Below, piece by piece: positions 27,665-39,400 of a stretch of DNA of 64,000 nt. Both the position numbers and the translations under genes were made by a program. Within the stretch, counting starts at the first letter, position 1, and the number at the start of each line of letters is the position of its first letter. The notes under the pieces were generated by a model. That model was not told the origin of the DNA and searched no databases. It worked only from the letters and a program-made list of their open reading frames with translations. Source of the DNA: Eledone cirrhosa (lineage: Eukaryota); contig OZ024743.1 in NCBI GenBank assembly GCA_964016885.1, positions 24,180,001 through 24,244,000 on the forward strand, given 5' to 3'.

Positions 27665-30600
27665 TCAGCAAATGTACTGGGGGGCAGCACTTCTCTCCAC
27701 CCTCACATACCTTTCCAAGTGAAACTTGAAAAAGTTGATGAGGGATTGGCCGGAGAGAAAAGTGTCTGTCTTCAGTCCTTTCAACCTCGTCCACCATACA
27801 ACCTCTTTCGCTACTGCCACCAGACAGAGGAAAATTGCCTGCGCTTCCTGGCCAAAAGAAGGCGGCGGGTCGATCTTCACTATGGACTCGGCCGATAGCC
27901 GGATCCGTTCTACACGCGACAACAGCTGTTCAACATAACTCCACAAGTCAGAAATGCACGGACACTGGACGAGTGCGTGCAGAACGGTTTCGTCGCTCTG
28001 CCCGCATCTCGGGCAGGTCCGTCTGACAGCACTTCTGTGCCTGTAGAGTTTATCTCGAACCGGCAGTGCCCCCCGGTAGCACTGCCAAGCGAGGGATTTT
28101 GGGAAATTATCCATCGTCCCCGACTCGAAAGTCCTCCGGTACAGACTGGTTAGTTCGACTTCGTTGACTCCCAGAGCCTCTCCGAGTGCGTCGTCGCACT
28201 TGCCCACCACTAATCCTCTATAGAACTCGAGAGTGGAAGTTCCACTGCCCGCATTTCCCGCCTGGTAGAGGGCAGTGAGTGCCTGGCAACATTCCAGATG
28301 CCAGTGACCCAGTCTCGGTCTCTTCTTGACCCAGGACTGCAACTCAGTAAAAGAAACGAGCTGCGGAAAGGCCCGTCTGACAAACGGCGACCACACCTGT
28401 TCACCGTTTAGGCAGAATATCTGGAGATGCCGCAGCCTCAGCGCGTGCCTGCGCATCATTAGCCACGGCATGCACAGCCCTCCACGTAGAGGGTGCTGGC
28501 AGCAGATGGACCGCTTCACCAGCGGAACCTGACCCCTCCACAAGAATTTGAAGAGGAGCCGCTCCAAGATGGCGAGGCGGGAGCAAGGGACGACAGTTAG
28601 ACGGTAATAGATGACGGACGCGATGTACGCGTTCGCCACCTCTGCCCGACCTTTCAGTGATAGCTTCATCCCAATTCTTATCCACCTGGATATCTGGCCT
28701 GAACCAAACCCCTAGCAACTTTACCGGTCCGTCCATCCAACGCCTAACGACGCTGTTGGACGGCATGGACTTGCCTCTCCAGGTGCCGAGTTGCAAGCCC
28801 ACTGACTTTTCCGGGTTATGTTTTGCTCCCGTCAACCTTTCATATTCCCATAATAAGTTGCCAATCACCTCGATTTCTGGGGTGTCCGACACCATCATGG
28901 TGATGTCGTCCGCGTAAGCCGACACAGCCTTTCCGCGTCCCGGTTCGAGCGGGATGCCCTGCAACTGCTCCAGCTTCCGCAGTAAAGGCTCGAGAGTCAA
29001 TACGTACAGAAGGGAGGAGAGAGGGCACCCTTGACGGACCGATCGGGAGACCTGAAATGGTTCCGAGAGGTGGCCATTAATTTTGACCATCGAGCAGGTG
29101 CAGCTGTGCATTGCAGCGATCCAGCTTCTGAAGACGGGGCCGAAGCCAGCCGCCTTGAGGACAGCCTCCAGATACCGATGGTCGACCCTATCGAATGCTT
29201 TCCATTGATCTAAATTGATCAGAGCCCCACCGAAGCCAGGTTTACACCCTACCCTCTCTATGATGTATCGCATTAGGTGGAGGTTGTCGTGTATGAACCT
29301 GGTTGGGATTGCGCAAGTTTGCGCCTCCCCAACCAAATCCCCGACGACAAGCGCCAACCTCTTCGTTAACACCCTGGCCAAAATCTTAAACTCTGTGTTG
29401 AGCAGAGTTATGGGCCTGAAATTGTCTAATGTGTCCCTCTTGTTCTCGTCTTTCCTTATCAGCGTCACTACGCCCCGGCTCACAGAACTGGGAATACTCC
29501 CGTTTTGCTGCCAGTTGCAGTAAAGGGCTTCGAGGAGATTGGAGAACAAGTCTGGCATATTTACGTAAAGCTCGTAGGGCAGATCATCCAAACCGGGTGA
29601 CTTGCGCCTCATGCAGTCGACAATGGGATCCTGAATCTCGGCTGAAATAATTGGCCTTTCGCAGCGCCCAGCGTCAGCCGCCGAGAGTTGCGGCAAGCCA
29701 AGAGGTAGGGACTGAAGTCCGCCACCATCCCTGACCCACCACTTCCCCCGAACAACCGAGCAAAATGTTGGCGAAAGGCCTCACACATCCTCTTGGAATC
29801 GCTCAGCTCGTGCCCGTCTCGGTCCGTCAAAGACCAAATCGTGGTTTTATTACCACGCTGCGCCTCTGCCACGCGGGCCCATCGAACAGCTTTGGTTCCC
29901 TCGTTTCTCAGAGCACGCGCCTTAGCTCTGACAATGCAACCTTCGTGTTTCGTATTGAAGAAATGGTCTAATGCTATTCTCGCCGCTAGCACGTCAGTTG
30001 CAATGCCACTACCAATAGCTTCGTCTAACTTATCTACCAACTCACCCTCCTTTCTATTTTTCTTTAACGCTACTTCTTTGCTAAACTCTAGCGACATTAC
30101 TCTAATCTCTCTTTTGAGAGCCCCCCACCATCTATTGTTGACGACTCCCCCTGTCAACATTTTCTTAACTAAATTGTTGACCAGGTCCCTGTAAGCCTTA
30201 CGTGCCGGAAATGACATGTTTAGCATCCAGTAACCAGGTCCTAACCTACGCGTCTTATCTAGGTCGACCATACAGATCACAAACTTGTGATCTGAATAGG
30301 CGACCGTTTCAAAACATGGACAGCTTACACTATTTCTGTCTATTTTCCTAATGAATATCCTGTCTATATACGATCTAGATGACCCTATGCGGTTAGCCCA
30401 GGTCCACACTGGCGCATTAGGGAAATCTAGTCGGTACCTGTCAGACAGTTGGAACTGGCTGATCAGGTTCTTGAGGCTTTTGCACCACCCGCTCTTGTCG
30501 GATAGCCCACACAGTCCCAGCGTGCGTCTAAAATGCCTTTACAGTCCCCCGCTAACAGTAAAGGGCGAGACGTACCCAGAAAGGCTTCCAGGCGTCTAAA

Positions 30601-30963
30601 GAAGTCCGGTCGTCCTGCCCCAGTAGGAGCATAGACGGCCACCAGTCTAAAGGCACCACCTTCATTATTGTTCACGTTCAGGACCAACTTCCCGTCCGGG
30701 TCCCGGAAGATCGACCTTACCTCGAGATCCAGGCCTTTCCTAAACAGCACTGCCACCCCGACTCCCATTCCCGGCCGGCTAACAGATGCAAAGATCTGAT
30801 AGCCGTCGAAAATGGGGTCTAGTGCGCGCGTGTCGGAAATCTTGGTCTCGCTGACTGCAATTACATCCATTTCTATAGACCTGAGGTCGTTGAGCAGGTG
30901 ACCCTGCTTCCAGGACGATCCCAGGCCTCGAACATTTAAACATCCTACTCTTAATATGGCCAT
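27665..30963 (-). pseudogene. LINE ORF2 (endonuclease-reverse transcriptase), split into four frames
   Basis: CLNVRGL, AVSETK, VYAP, SYIDRIF, YSDH (APE); NFRPITLLN, KAFDRV, RQGCPLS, YADD (RT); CPRC...ETVLHALVQC. Confidence 0.92.
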
Positions 30964-30994
30964 GTTGGCAGGTTAAACAGAGAGAGAGGAAGGT

Positions 30995-32714
30995 TTACTT
31001 ACCCTCCGGGCTCTTGTGAAGGTCGGGTTGTTCGACCTCCATAGTTGGTGGGGTTTCTTTTGGGAACCTTTTTAAAAGTCTTGAAGTGGGTTTTACGTTC
31101 GGGGTTCCCACGTCCCGAGGAAAGCTGTCTCGTATTTCTTTGAATATGTCGAGCGACATTCGTACCAGAACCAAATCTTCCGGCACGCGAAATGTGCTCG
31201 ATTTAAAAATTTCCTCCTCTTTTTGTATATTTTCACTTCGTGCTACGAGGGCCATCAGTTCCTTGTTGGCCCTTCTGAGGAGCACGAAGTTTTGTATGTT
31301 TTGTTGGTGTGATTTTATTTGTTTGCGTGGCTGTGGTGGTAATGGTTTTGGTGGTGTTGTTTCGATTGTATATGCGTTTGTTGTGAGTGCGGTGTCTGTG
31401 GTTTCAGATGTTTGTGTGTATATTTGTTCTTGCGTCTGTTTAGGTTGTTTGCGTTTGGGGGATGATGGTGATGGTGGTGTTGATGTTGGTGTTATTGGAG
31501 AGATGTTTGTGTGGGTGGTGTCTGCGTTTTTTATTGTGGGTGATTTTGTGCTTTGTTGAGTCTTTTTGTTTTTTTTGTGTTTCCTTTTTTGTATTTTGGG
31601 GAATTTTGGTTTTCCCTCATTTTCACTACTGGTAGATGAGGGGTCTGTGTCTGTAAGTGTGTCTGTATGTATGTTTATGGCTTTATTGGTGTGTGTATTT
31701 TGGGGGGAGGGGGAATTTGACAGCTTTCCTCGTTTCCCCCCTGGTCAATGTTGGTGGTGGTCTTTCTATTGGTGTTGTTGTTGGTGGTTTTGCCGGTGTT
31801 GGTGTTGGTTGTGGTCCTCGCCCCGGCGTCGGCAGCAGTGGAGCCTTTCGACCCCTTGCATTCTGAAGGCGGATGTGGTCTGGGATTGTCTTCACATTCT
31901 CGGGCCTGATCTGGAGAAGGATCTCCAGGTCAACCCCGGACCAGTCCTCTCTGGCCGTTCTGGTCACTTCTATAGGGGCGGTATCCGTCCCCTCCACAAT
32001 CACACATCCCAGAAGCCACCACATGTCAAGTCCTGGTGGTATTCTTGGAATGCGGAGACGGGCCGTTCTTTTTCCCATGTGGGAGGGGTACATTATGACC
32101 TTGCTGGTTTTGCAAGGAGTCATAGCGTGTTTCATAGCGAGGGTTTCTGACTTGAACAACACCGAAATGGTGCCGTACTGTCTGCCCCTCTCTATGTACT
32201 GGGTGTCTTCTCTGATGCACCTCAGCGCGACTTCGACATCTTCTTGTGGGATTAAAGCTGCCCTTTTGGTTTGTGCTGAGATGCATCTATAATGCACCGT
32301 TCTGCGCTCCACTGCCTCAATAGCTTCTACCGGGACAGTTAAGTTGGCCCAGGTTTGCTCTTGCTTGATGAGCTTCCATGCCTGGGCCAACTTTTCATCT
32401 TTGTTTGAGAGGTCCATGTTGAAGCATGGCCTCTTTTTTGCTGCTGCCGCCGCGAAAGTGTTATTGTTTTCGTTGGGGGTTTTGCTGTCGTTGTTCTTGT
32501 TGGTGTTGTTGTTAGCACTGTCGCTGTTATCATTGTTGTTTTTGTTGCCACCGTTGTTCTCGGTGCAGTTGGTATTGTTGCTGTTGGTGTTGTCGCTATT
32601 TGTTTTCATGTTAGTGGTGGTTGTTGTATTTGTTATTTTTTTTTTTGTTATCTGTATTTTCGTTGTCGCTGTTGCTGTCATTTTTTTCAAAATTAGAGTT
32701 CTTATTGGTATCAT
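30995..32714 (-). pseudogene. LINE ORF1, interrupted (pieces 31683-32714 and 30995-31285)
   Basis: Lies directly upstream of ORF2; Asn/Thr-rich N-terminus, then FAAAAAKK, a globular region and a Pro/Thr-rich linker. Confidence 0.7.
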
Positions 32715-33149
32715 TGGTGTCTTTGTTTACCTTGTTTGTGGTGGTGTTTGTGTTATCAATGTGTGTTAATTTCGCTGTAGCGCTCCTCTCAACTTCAACG
32801 TCGTTGTCGCACGACAGCCGACATATGGCTGGGGGCGTGGCTCAGCCATGTTTTTTTTTTTTTCTTCGTAAATTTTTTAACATGTAAAATAAAGTTCAAA
32901 TATTTGGGCCAAAAGGCCCAAATATTATACTTTCCCCTTCACGGGGCAAAGTCTAAGGGCTTATATCCCTTACACAACAAGAAATAGTTAACAACAAATA
33001 ATTTTAACAGGCAAATAAAGCGACTTACTGTGAGCGAGCAAAATACGTCCGCTTAGACCAATAATAATAATAATAATAATAAAAGAGTCTAGCAACGAAA
33101 GTAAGAGGAATGAAGTGACAGTCTCTATATCCCAACCTGAGTGGTATTC

Positions 33150-33480
33150 CAGCTGCGTCCCACGGATAAAATGGCAACTGTACTGCGTTGAGAATGGCCA
33201 CTGATACCCGATGTAACAGCCACTGCACCTCAGGGTGATCCTTCTTCGGGGGCACTGCTGTCTTTCCTATTTTACGGTATTTAGTTCTCTTACCTTTGTC
33301 TGTGCTGCGGGTGGTGTTTCCCGGATGTGCCGCCGAAGCAACAAGGATGGAAGTGGTGAACAACACGTCGCGTCCCAGATTAGCGATTTACCTTCATCGA
33401 ATGGGAAGAAGGATATTTAGACGGAACCAACTTGCCTCAACCATCACTACAGTTGAGGCCAGTTGGCTCCAGTTGTAACC
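33150..33480 (-). mobile_element. CRE-like RLE C-terminal fragment
   Basis: Translates ...TKYRKIG...EVQWLLHRVSVAILNA, similar to the WLFQRISLIILRGN end at 44700-44750. Confidence 0.5.
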
Positions 33481-33555
33481 GGAAGCCAGTTGCGTCGAGG
33501 TTCTTATCCTTATAACAGAATTGACTGCAGACTATAAAAATTCAACACTCCTTAT

Positions 33556-35975
33556 CCACCTATATACCTACCTACGTACCTAATTACCTACTATCTTACC
33601 TACCTACCTACCTACCTACCTACCTACCTACCTACCTACCTACCTACCTACCTACCTACCTACCAACCTACCTACCAACCTACCTACCTACCTACCTACC
33701 TACCTACCTACCTACATACCTACCTACCTACCTACCTACTTACCTACCAACCTACCTACCTACCTACCAACCTACCTACCTACCTACCAACCTACCTACC
33801 AACCTACCTACCAACCTACCTACCTATCTACCTACCCATTACCTACCCACCTAACTACCTACCTACCTACCTACCTACCTACCTACCTACCAACCTACCT
33901 ACCTACCCATCTACCTACCTACCTACCTACCTACCTACCTACCTACCTACCAACCTACCTACCTACCTACCTACCCACCTACCTACCTACCCACCCACCT
34001 ACCTACCTACCCACCTATCTACCTACCCACCTACCTACCTACCTACCTACCTACCTACCTACCAACCTACCTACTTACCAGCCTGCCTGCCTACCTACCT
34101 ACCTACCTACCTACCCACCTACCTATCTACCTACCTACCTACCAACCTACATACCTACCTACCTACCTACCTACCAGCCTGCCTGCCTACCTACCTACCT
34201 ACCTACATACCTACCCGCCTACCTACCTACTTACCTACATACCTACATACCTACCCGCCTACCTACCTACCTACCTACCTACCTACCTACCTACCTACCC
34301 ACCTACCTACCTACCCACCTACCTACCTACCTACCCACCTACCTACCTACCCACCTACCTACCTACCTACCTACCAACCTACCTACCTACCAGCCTGCCT
34401 GCCTACCTACCTACCTACCTACCTACCTACCTACCTACCCACCTACCTACCTACCTACCTTCCTACCTACCAACCTACATACCTACCTACCTACCTACCT
34501 ACCTACCTACCTACCAACCTACCTACCTACCCATCTACCTACCTACCTACCTACCTACCTACCAACCTACCTACCTACCTACCTACCTACCTACCTACCT
34601 ACCTACCTACCTACCTACCAACCTACCAACCTACCTACCAACCTACCTACCAACCTACCTACCTATCTACCTACCCATTACCTACCCACCTAACTACCTA
34701 CCTACCAACCTACCTACCTACCTACCTACCTACCTACCATCCTACCTACCTACCTACCTACCTACCTACCTACCTACCTACCAACCTACCTACCTACCTA
34801 CCTACCTACCTACCTACCTACCTACCTACCAACCTACCTACCTACCCACCTACCTATCTACCTACCCACCTAACTACCTACCTACCAACCTACCTACCTA
34901 CCCACCTACCTACATACCTACCCGCCTACCTACCTACCTACATACCTACCCGCCTACCTACCCGCCTACCTACCTACCAACCTACCTACCTACCCACCTA
35001 CCTACATACCTACCCGCCTACCTACCTACCTACCTACCTACCTACCTACCAACCTACCTACCTACCCACCTACCTACATACCTATCCGCCTACCTACCTA
35101 CCTACCTACATACCTACATACCTACCCGCCTACCTACCTACCTACCTACCTACCTACCTACCCACCTACCTACCTACCCACCCACCTACCTACCTACCCA
35201 CCTACCTACCTACCCACCTACCTACCTACCTACCTACCAACCTACCTACCTACCAGCCTGCCTGCCTACCTACCTACCTACATACCTACCCACCTACCTA
35301 CCTACCTACCTACCTTCCTACCTACCAACCTACATACCTACCTACCTACCTACCTACCTACCTACCTACCTACCTACCTACCTACCAACCTACCTACCTA
35401 CCCATCTACCTACCTACCTACCTACCTACCTACCTACCTACCAACCTACCTACCTACCTACCTACCTACCTACCTACCTACCCACCTACCTACATACTTA
35501 CCCGCCTACCTACTAACCTACCTACCTACCTACCCGCCTACCTACCTACCCACCTACCTACCTACCTACCTACCTACCTACCTACCTACATACCTACCCA
35601 CCTACCTACCTACCTACCTACCTACCTATCCGCCTACCTACCTACCTACCTACCTACCTATCTACCTACCCACCTACCTACCTACCTACCTACCTACCTA
35701 CCACCTACCTACCTACCTACCTACCTACCTACCTACCTACCTACCTACCTACCCACCCACCCACCTACCTACCTACCTACCTACCTACCAATCTACCTAC
35801 CAACCTACCTACCTACATACCTACCTACCTACCTACATACCTACCAATCTACCTACCAACCTACCTACCTACCTACCTACCTACCTACCTACCTACCTAC
35901 CTACCTACCTACCTAACTACATACCCACCTACCTACGTACCCACCTACCTACCTACCTACCTACCTACCTACCTA
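33556..35975. repeat. (CTAC)n tetranucleotide array, about 2.4 kb
   Basis: Directly visible, with recurring variant blocks. Confidence 0.98.
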
Positions 35976-36149
35976 CAAAATTGCAAATCGTGTTCTATAT
36001 TCTTTTTGTTATACTTGATCTCAATATTTAAAAATTCGAACAATCATTTCTCTTGTATGAATGACAAATGTATTTATACTGCCACACACTCTATTAAAGG
36101 AGGAATGTGCCATCGTGGTATTCATCCCGTTATGTTCAGTCAGAGTCTC

Positions 36150-36272
36150 AGTGAACACAACCACGAGGATACGGTCCGAACGTGGAAGAGCCGAACTCCC
36201 ACTGTCACCACCTCCATCTCTCTCGCCCTCCCCATCTCTCCGTATGGTGAGCAAATGGGGTCCCACGTGCCG
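36150..36272 (-). mobile_element. 3' UTR fragment of a CRE-like family
   Basis: 36239-36270 is nearly the reverse complement of 44790-44822; aactcccactgtca is shared with 61207. Confidence 0.6.
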
Positions 36273-36309
36273 TAGTCAGTACTTAAAAGATGAAGAAAAT
36301 AAACATATA

Positions 36310-36336
36310 AAACCGAACGGCATAAATTTATTTAGT
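36310..36336 (-). terminator. Conserved polyadenylation signal block of paralogue 2
   Basis: AATAAA at 36327-36332 (minus strand), in the same context as paralogues 1 and 3. Confidence 0.65.
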
Positions 36337-36402
36337 CGATATGTTCTTTTATTTACACGAGTGTAATACATTCTCACCTTACTCGTATGTATATATGTTT
36401 TC

Positions 36403-39400
36403 TTAACTCATTACTTGGTTATAGTTTGGCATCATCCAAGAGTTCATGTATGGTGAATAAACATAATTTGTAATATGATTCGTATAAGGTTGTGTAATTC
36501 TTCTTTGCATAATATCACAAGACCCTGTCAAACGACCATAGCAATCTCTATACACATGTCTATATCCTGCTCCATTAATTTCGTCTATGATCTCAATATG
36601 TAGATTTTGTAGACAATACCCACGTCTGGAATAAGGTAATGATACCAATATTTCATATTCGTCCCCGTTGCCAGAATTTAGCAGAATTCTGTTGAGTCCT
36701 TCACATATTTCAAATGTTCTTGATAACGGATTCACGTGTTGACTTACCGGTGGATAAGAATATTCATTCCTTTTTGTCGCTTGTGATGATAAATTTACTG
36801 GTAGAAGACGCTCTTCTTTTACTTTATTTTTAAATACTGGTGGATCAGATGCTTCACTGACCTCAGTTAGAAATACAGGTTCAGCACGTCTTTCATGTTC
36901 AGCCGCATCTGATGATTCTATAAGATCTTTTTTTATTCTATTTGTACCGGGTCGTTTCCTCGTTTTTCTTTTTACTTTAGTTGTTTCTGCTGACTTCATC
37001 GACTTTTTCTTGGCTTCTCGTGTATCTATTGGCTGTACAGAATGTTTTCGTTTTTTTTTTATTTTAGTTCTTCCATCGCTTTTTATATCATCTTCGTTCG
37101 CAGATCTCGATTTTGTTTTCTCTTCTTGTAAATTTGTCTCCTGGTTAATTGCGTCGTCTGAATCGATGTATTCAGTGACTTTTCCATGTGCGCGATTACA
37201 ACAGTGATCGCAACATTCTGATTCATATATAGGTTCTCTAAAACAGTCTGATGCTGATATAGGTTTATTCCAACAGGCCATCTCATAGCTTTGTTTCAAA
37301 CAAGGAAATGAAGTACAATAGATTTTTGGCAGATCAGTTTTCTTCACTTTCCCTTTGACTTTTTTTCTCTTTGCTGTTGGTTCTTCTTCGAAATCAATTT
37401 TATCCTTTGTCTTAGTAGAGTTTTCGCTGATCTCTTCTGTTTCTGTAGGCTCTTCATATATCTCTGACGTACTTTCTTCTGCTAAAGACTTGTCCTGCAT
37501 CTCTGACTCATCTACTTCTTCTAAAGACTCGTCCTGCATCTCTGACTCATCTACTTCTTCTAAAGACTCGTCCTGCATCTCTGATTTATCTACTTCTTCT
37601 AAAGACTCGTCCTGCATCTCTGATGTATCTACTTCTTCTAAAGACTCGTCCTGCATCTCTGATGTATCTACTTCTTCTAAAGACTCGTCCTGCATCTCTG
37701 ATGTATCTACTTCTTCTAAAGACTCGTCCTGCATCTCTGATTTATCTGCTTCTTCTAAAGACTCGTCCTGCATCTCTGATTTATCTGCTTCTTCTAAAGA
37801 CTTCGATGCAACTGAAAGCCTCACCTTCATCTTGATTTTATCATCCCTCGGCTTAGACTTGTATATGATGCCTGATTTATTTGCAGTTATTGTAGGCTCC
37901 ACCTTCAAGTTAATGTTATCGTCTGTCTGTTTAGACTTGTACTTGATGCCTGCTTTATCTGCAGTTATTGTAGGCCTCACCTTCAAGTTAATGTTATCGT
38001 CTGTCTGTTTAGACTTGTACTTGATGCCTGCTTTATCTGCAGTTATTGTAGGCCTCACCTTAAAGTTAATGTTATCGTCTGCCTGTTTAGACTTGTACTT
38101 GATGCCTGCTTTATCTGCAGTTATTGTAGGCCTCACCTTCAAGTTAATGTTATCGTCTGCCTGTTTAGACTTGTACTTGATGCCTGCTTTATCTGCAGTT
38201 ATTGTAGGCCTCACCTTCAAGTTGATTTTATCGTCTGTCTGTTTAGACTTGTAGTTGATGCCTGTTTTATCTGCAGTTTTTGTAGGCCTCACCTTCAAGT
38301 TGATTTTATCGTCTGTCTGTTTAGACTTGTAGTTGATGCCTGCTTTATCTACAGTTTTTGTAGGCCTCACCTTCAAGTTGATTTTATCATCCCTCAGTTT
38401 AGACTTGTAGTTGATGCCTGCTTTATCTGCAGTTTTTGTAGGCCCCACCTTCAAGTAAATTTTATCGTCTGCCTGTTTCGACTTGTAGTTGATGCCTGCT
38501 CTATCTGAAATTGTTGTAGGCCTCACCGTCAAGTTGATTTCATCGTCTTTCTTAGTCGACTTATCGTTCATGCCTGTTTTACCTGCCGTTTTTGTAGGCC
38601 TCACCGTCAAGTTGATTTCACCGTCTGTCTGAGTCGACTTAGCTTTCATGCCTGTTTTACCTGCAGTGTTTGTAGGCCCCACCTTCAAGTTGATTTCACC
38701 GTCTGTCTGAGTCGACTTATCGTTCATGCCTGTTTTACCTGCCGTTTTTGTAGGCCTCACCGTCAAGTTGATTTCACCGTCTGTCTGAGTCGACTTAGCT
38801 TTCATGCCTGTTTTACCTGCAGTGTTTGTAGGCCCCACCTTCAAGTTGATTTCACCGTCTGTCTGAGTCGACTTATCGTTCATGCCTGCTTTACCTGCCG
38901 TTTGTGTAGGCTTCAGCGTCAAGTTGATTTCACCGTCTGTCTGAGTCGACTTAGCTTTCATGCCTGTTTTACCTGCAGTGTTTGTAGGCCCCACCTTCAA
39001 GTTGATTTCACCGTCTGTCTGAGTCGACTTATCGTTCATGCCTGCTTTATTTACAGTTTGTGTAGGCTTCAGCGTCAAGTTGATTTCACCGTCTCTCTGT
39101 TTCGGCTTGTCCTTCATCCCTGCTCCATATGCAGATGTTGTACCCTTCACCTTCAAGTTGAATTCATCGTCTCTCTGTTTCGACTTGTTCATGCCTGCTT
39201 TACTTGCAATTTTTGTAGGCCTCGCCGTCAAGTTGATTTCATCGTCTCTCTGTTTCGGCTTGTCCTTCATCCCTGCTTCATATGCAGATGTTGTAGGCCT
39301 CACCCTCAAGTTGATTTCATCGTCTCTCTGTTTCGGCTTGTCCTTCATCCCTGCTTCATCTGCAGATGTTGTAGGCCTCACCCTCAAGTTGATTTCATCG

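Larger units (their letters stand above)
27337..33059 (-). mobile_element. Near full-length Tx1/L1-type LINE (about 5.7 kb), frameshifted, flanked by (AAT)n on both sides
   Basis: ORF1 plus ORF2 with APE endonuclease, RT and C-terminal Zn motif; AATAAA at 27344-27349 (minus strand) just before the repeat. Confidence 0.9.
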
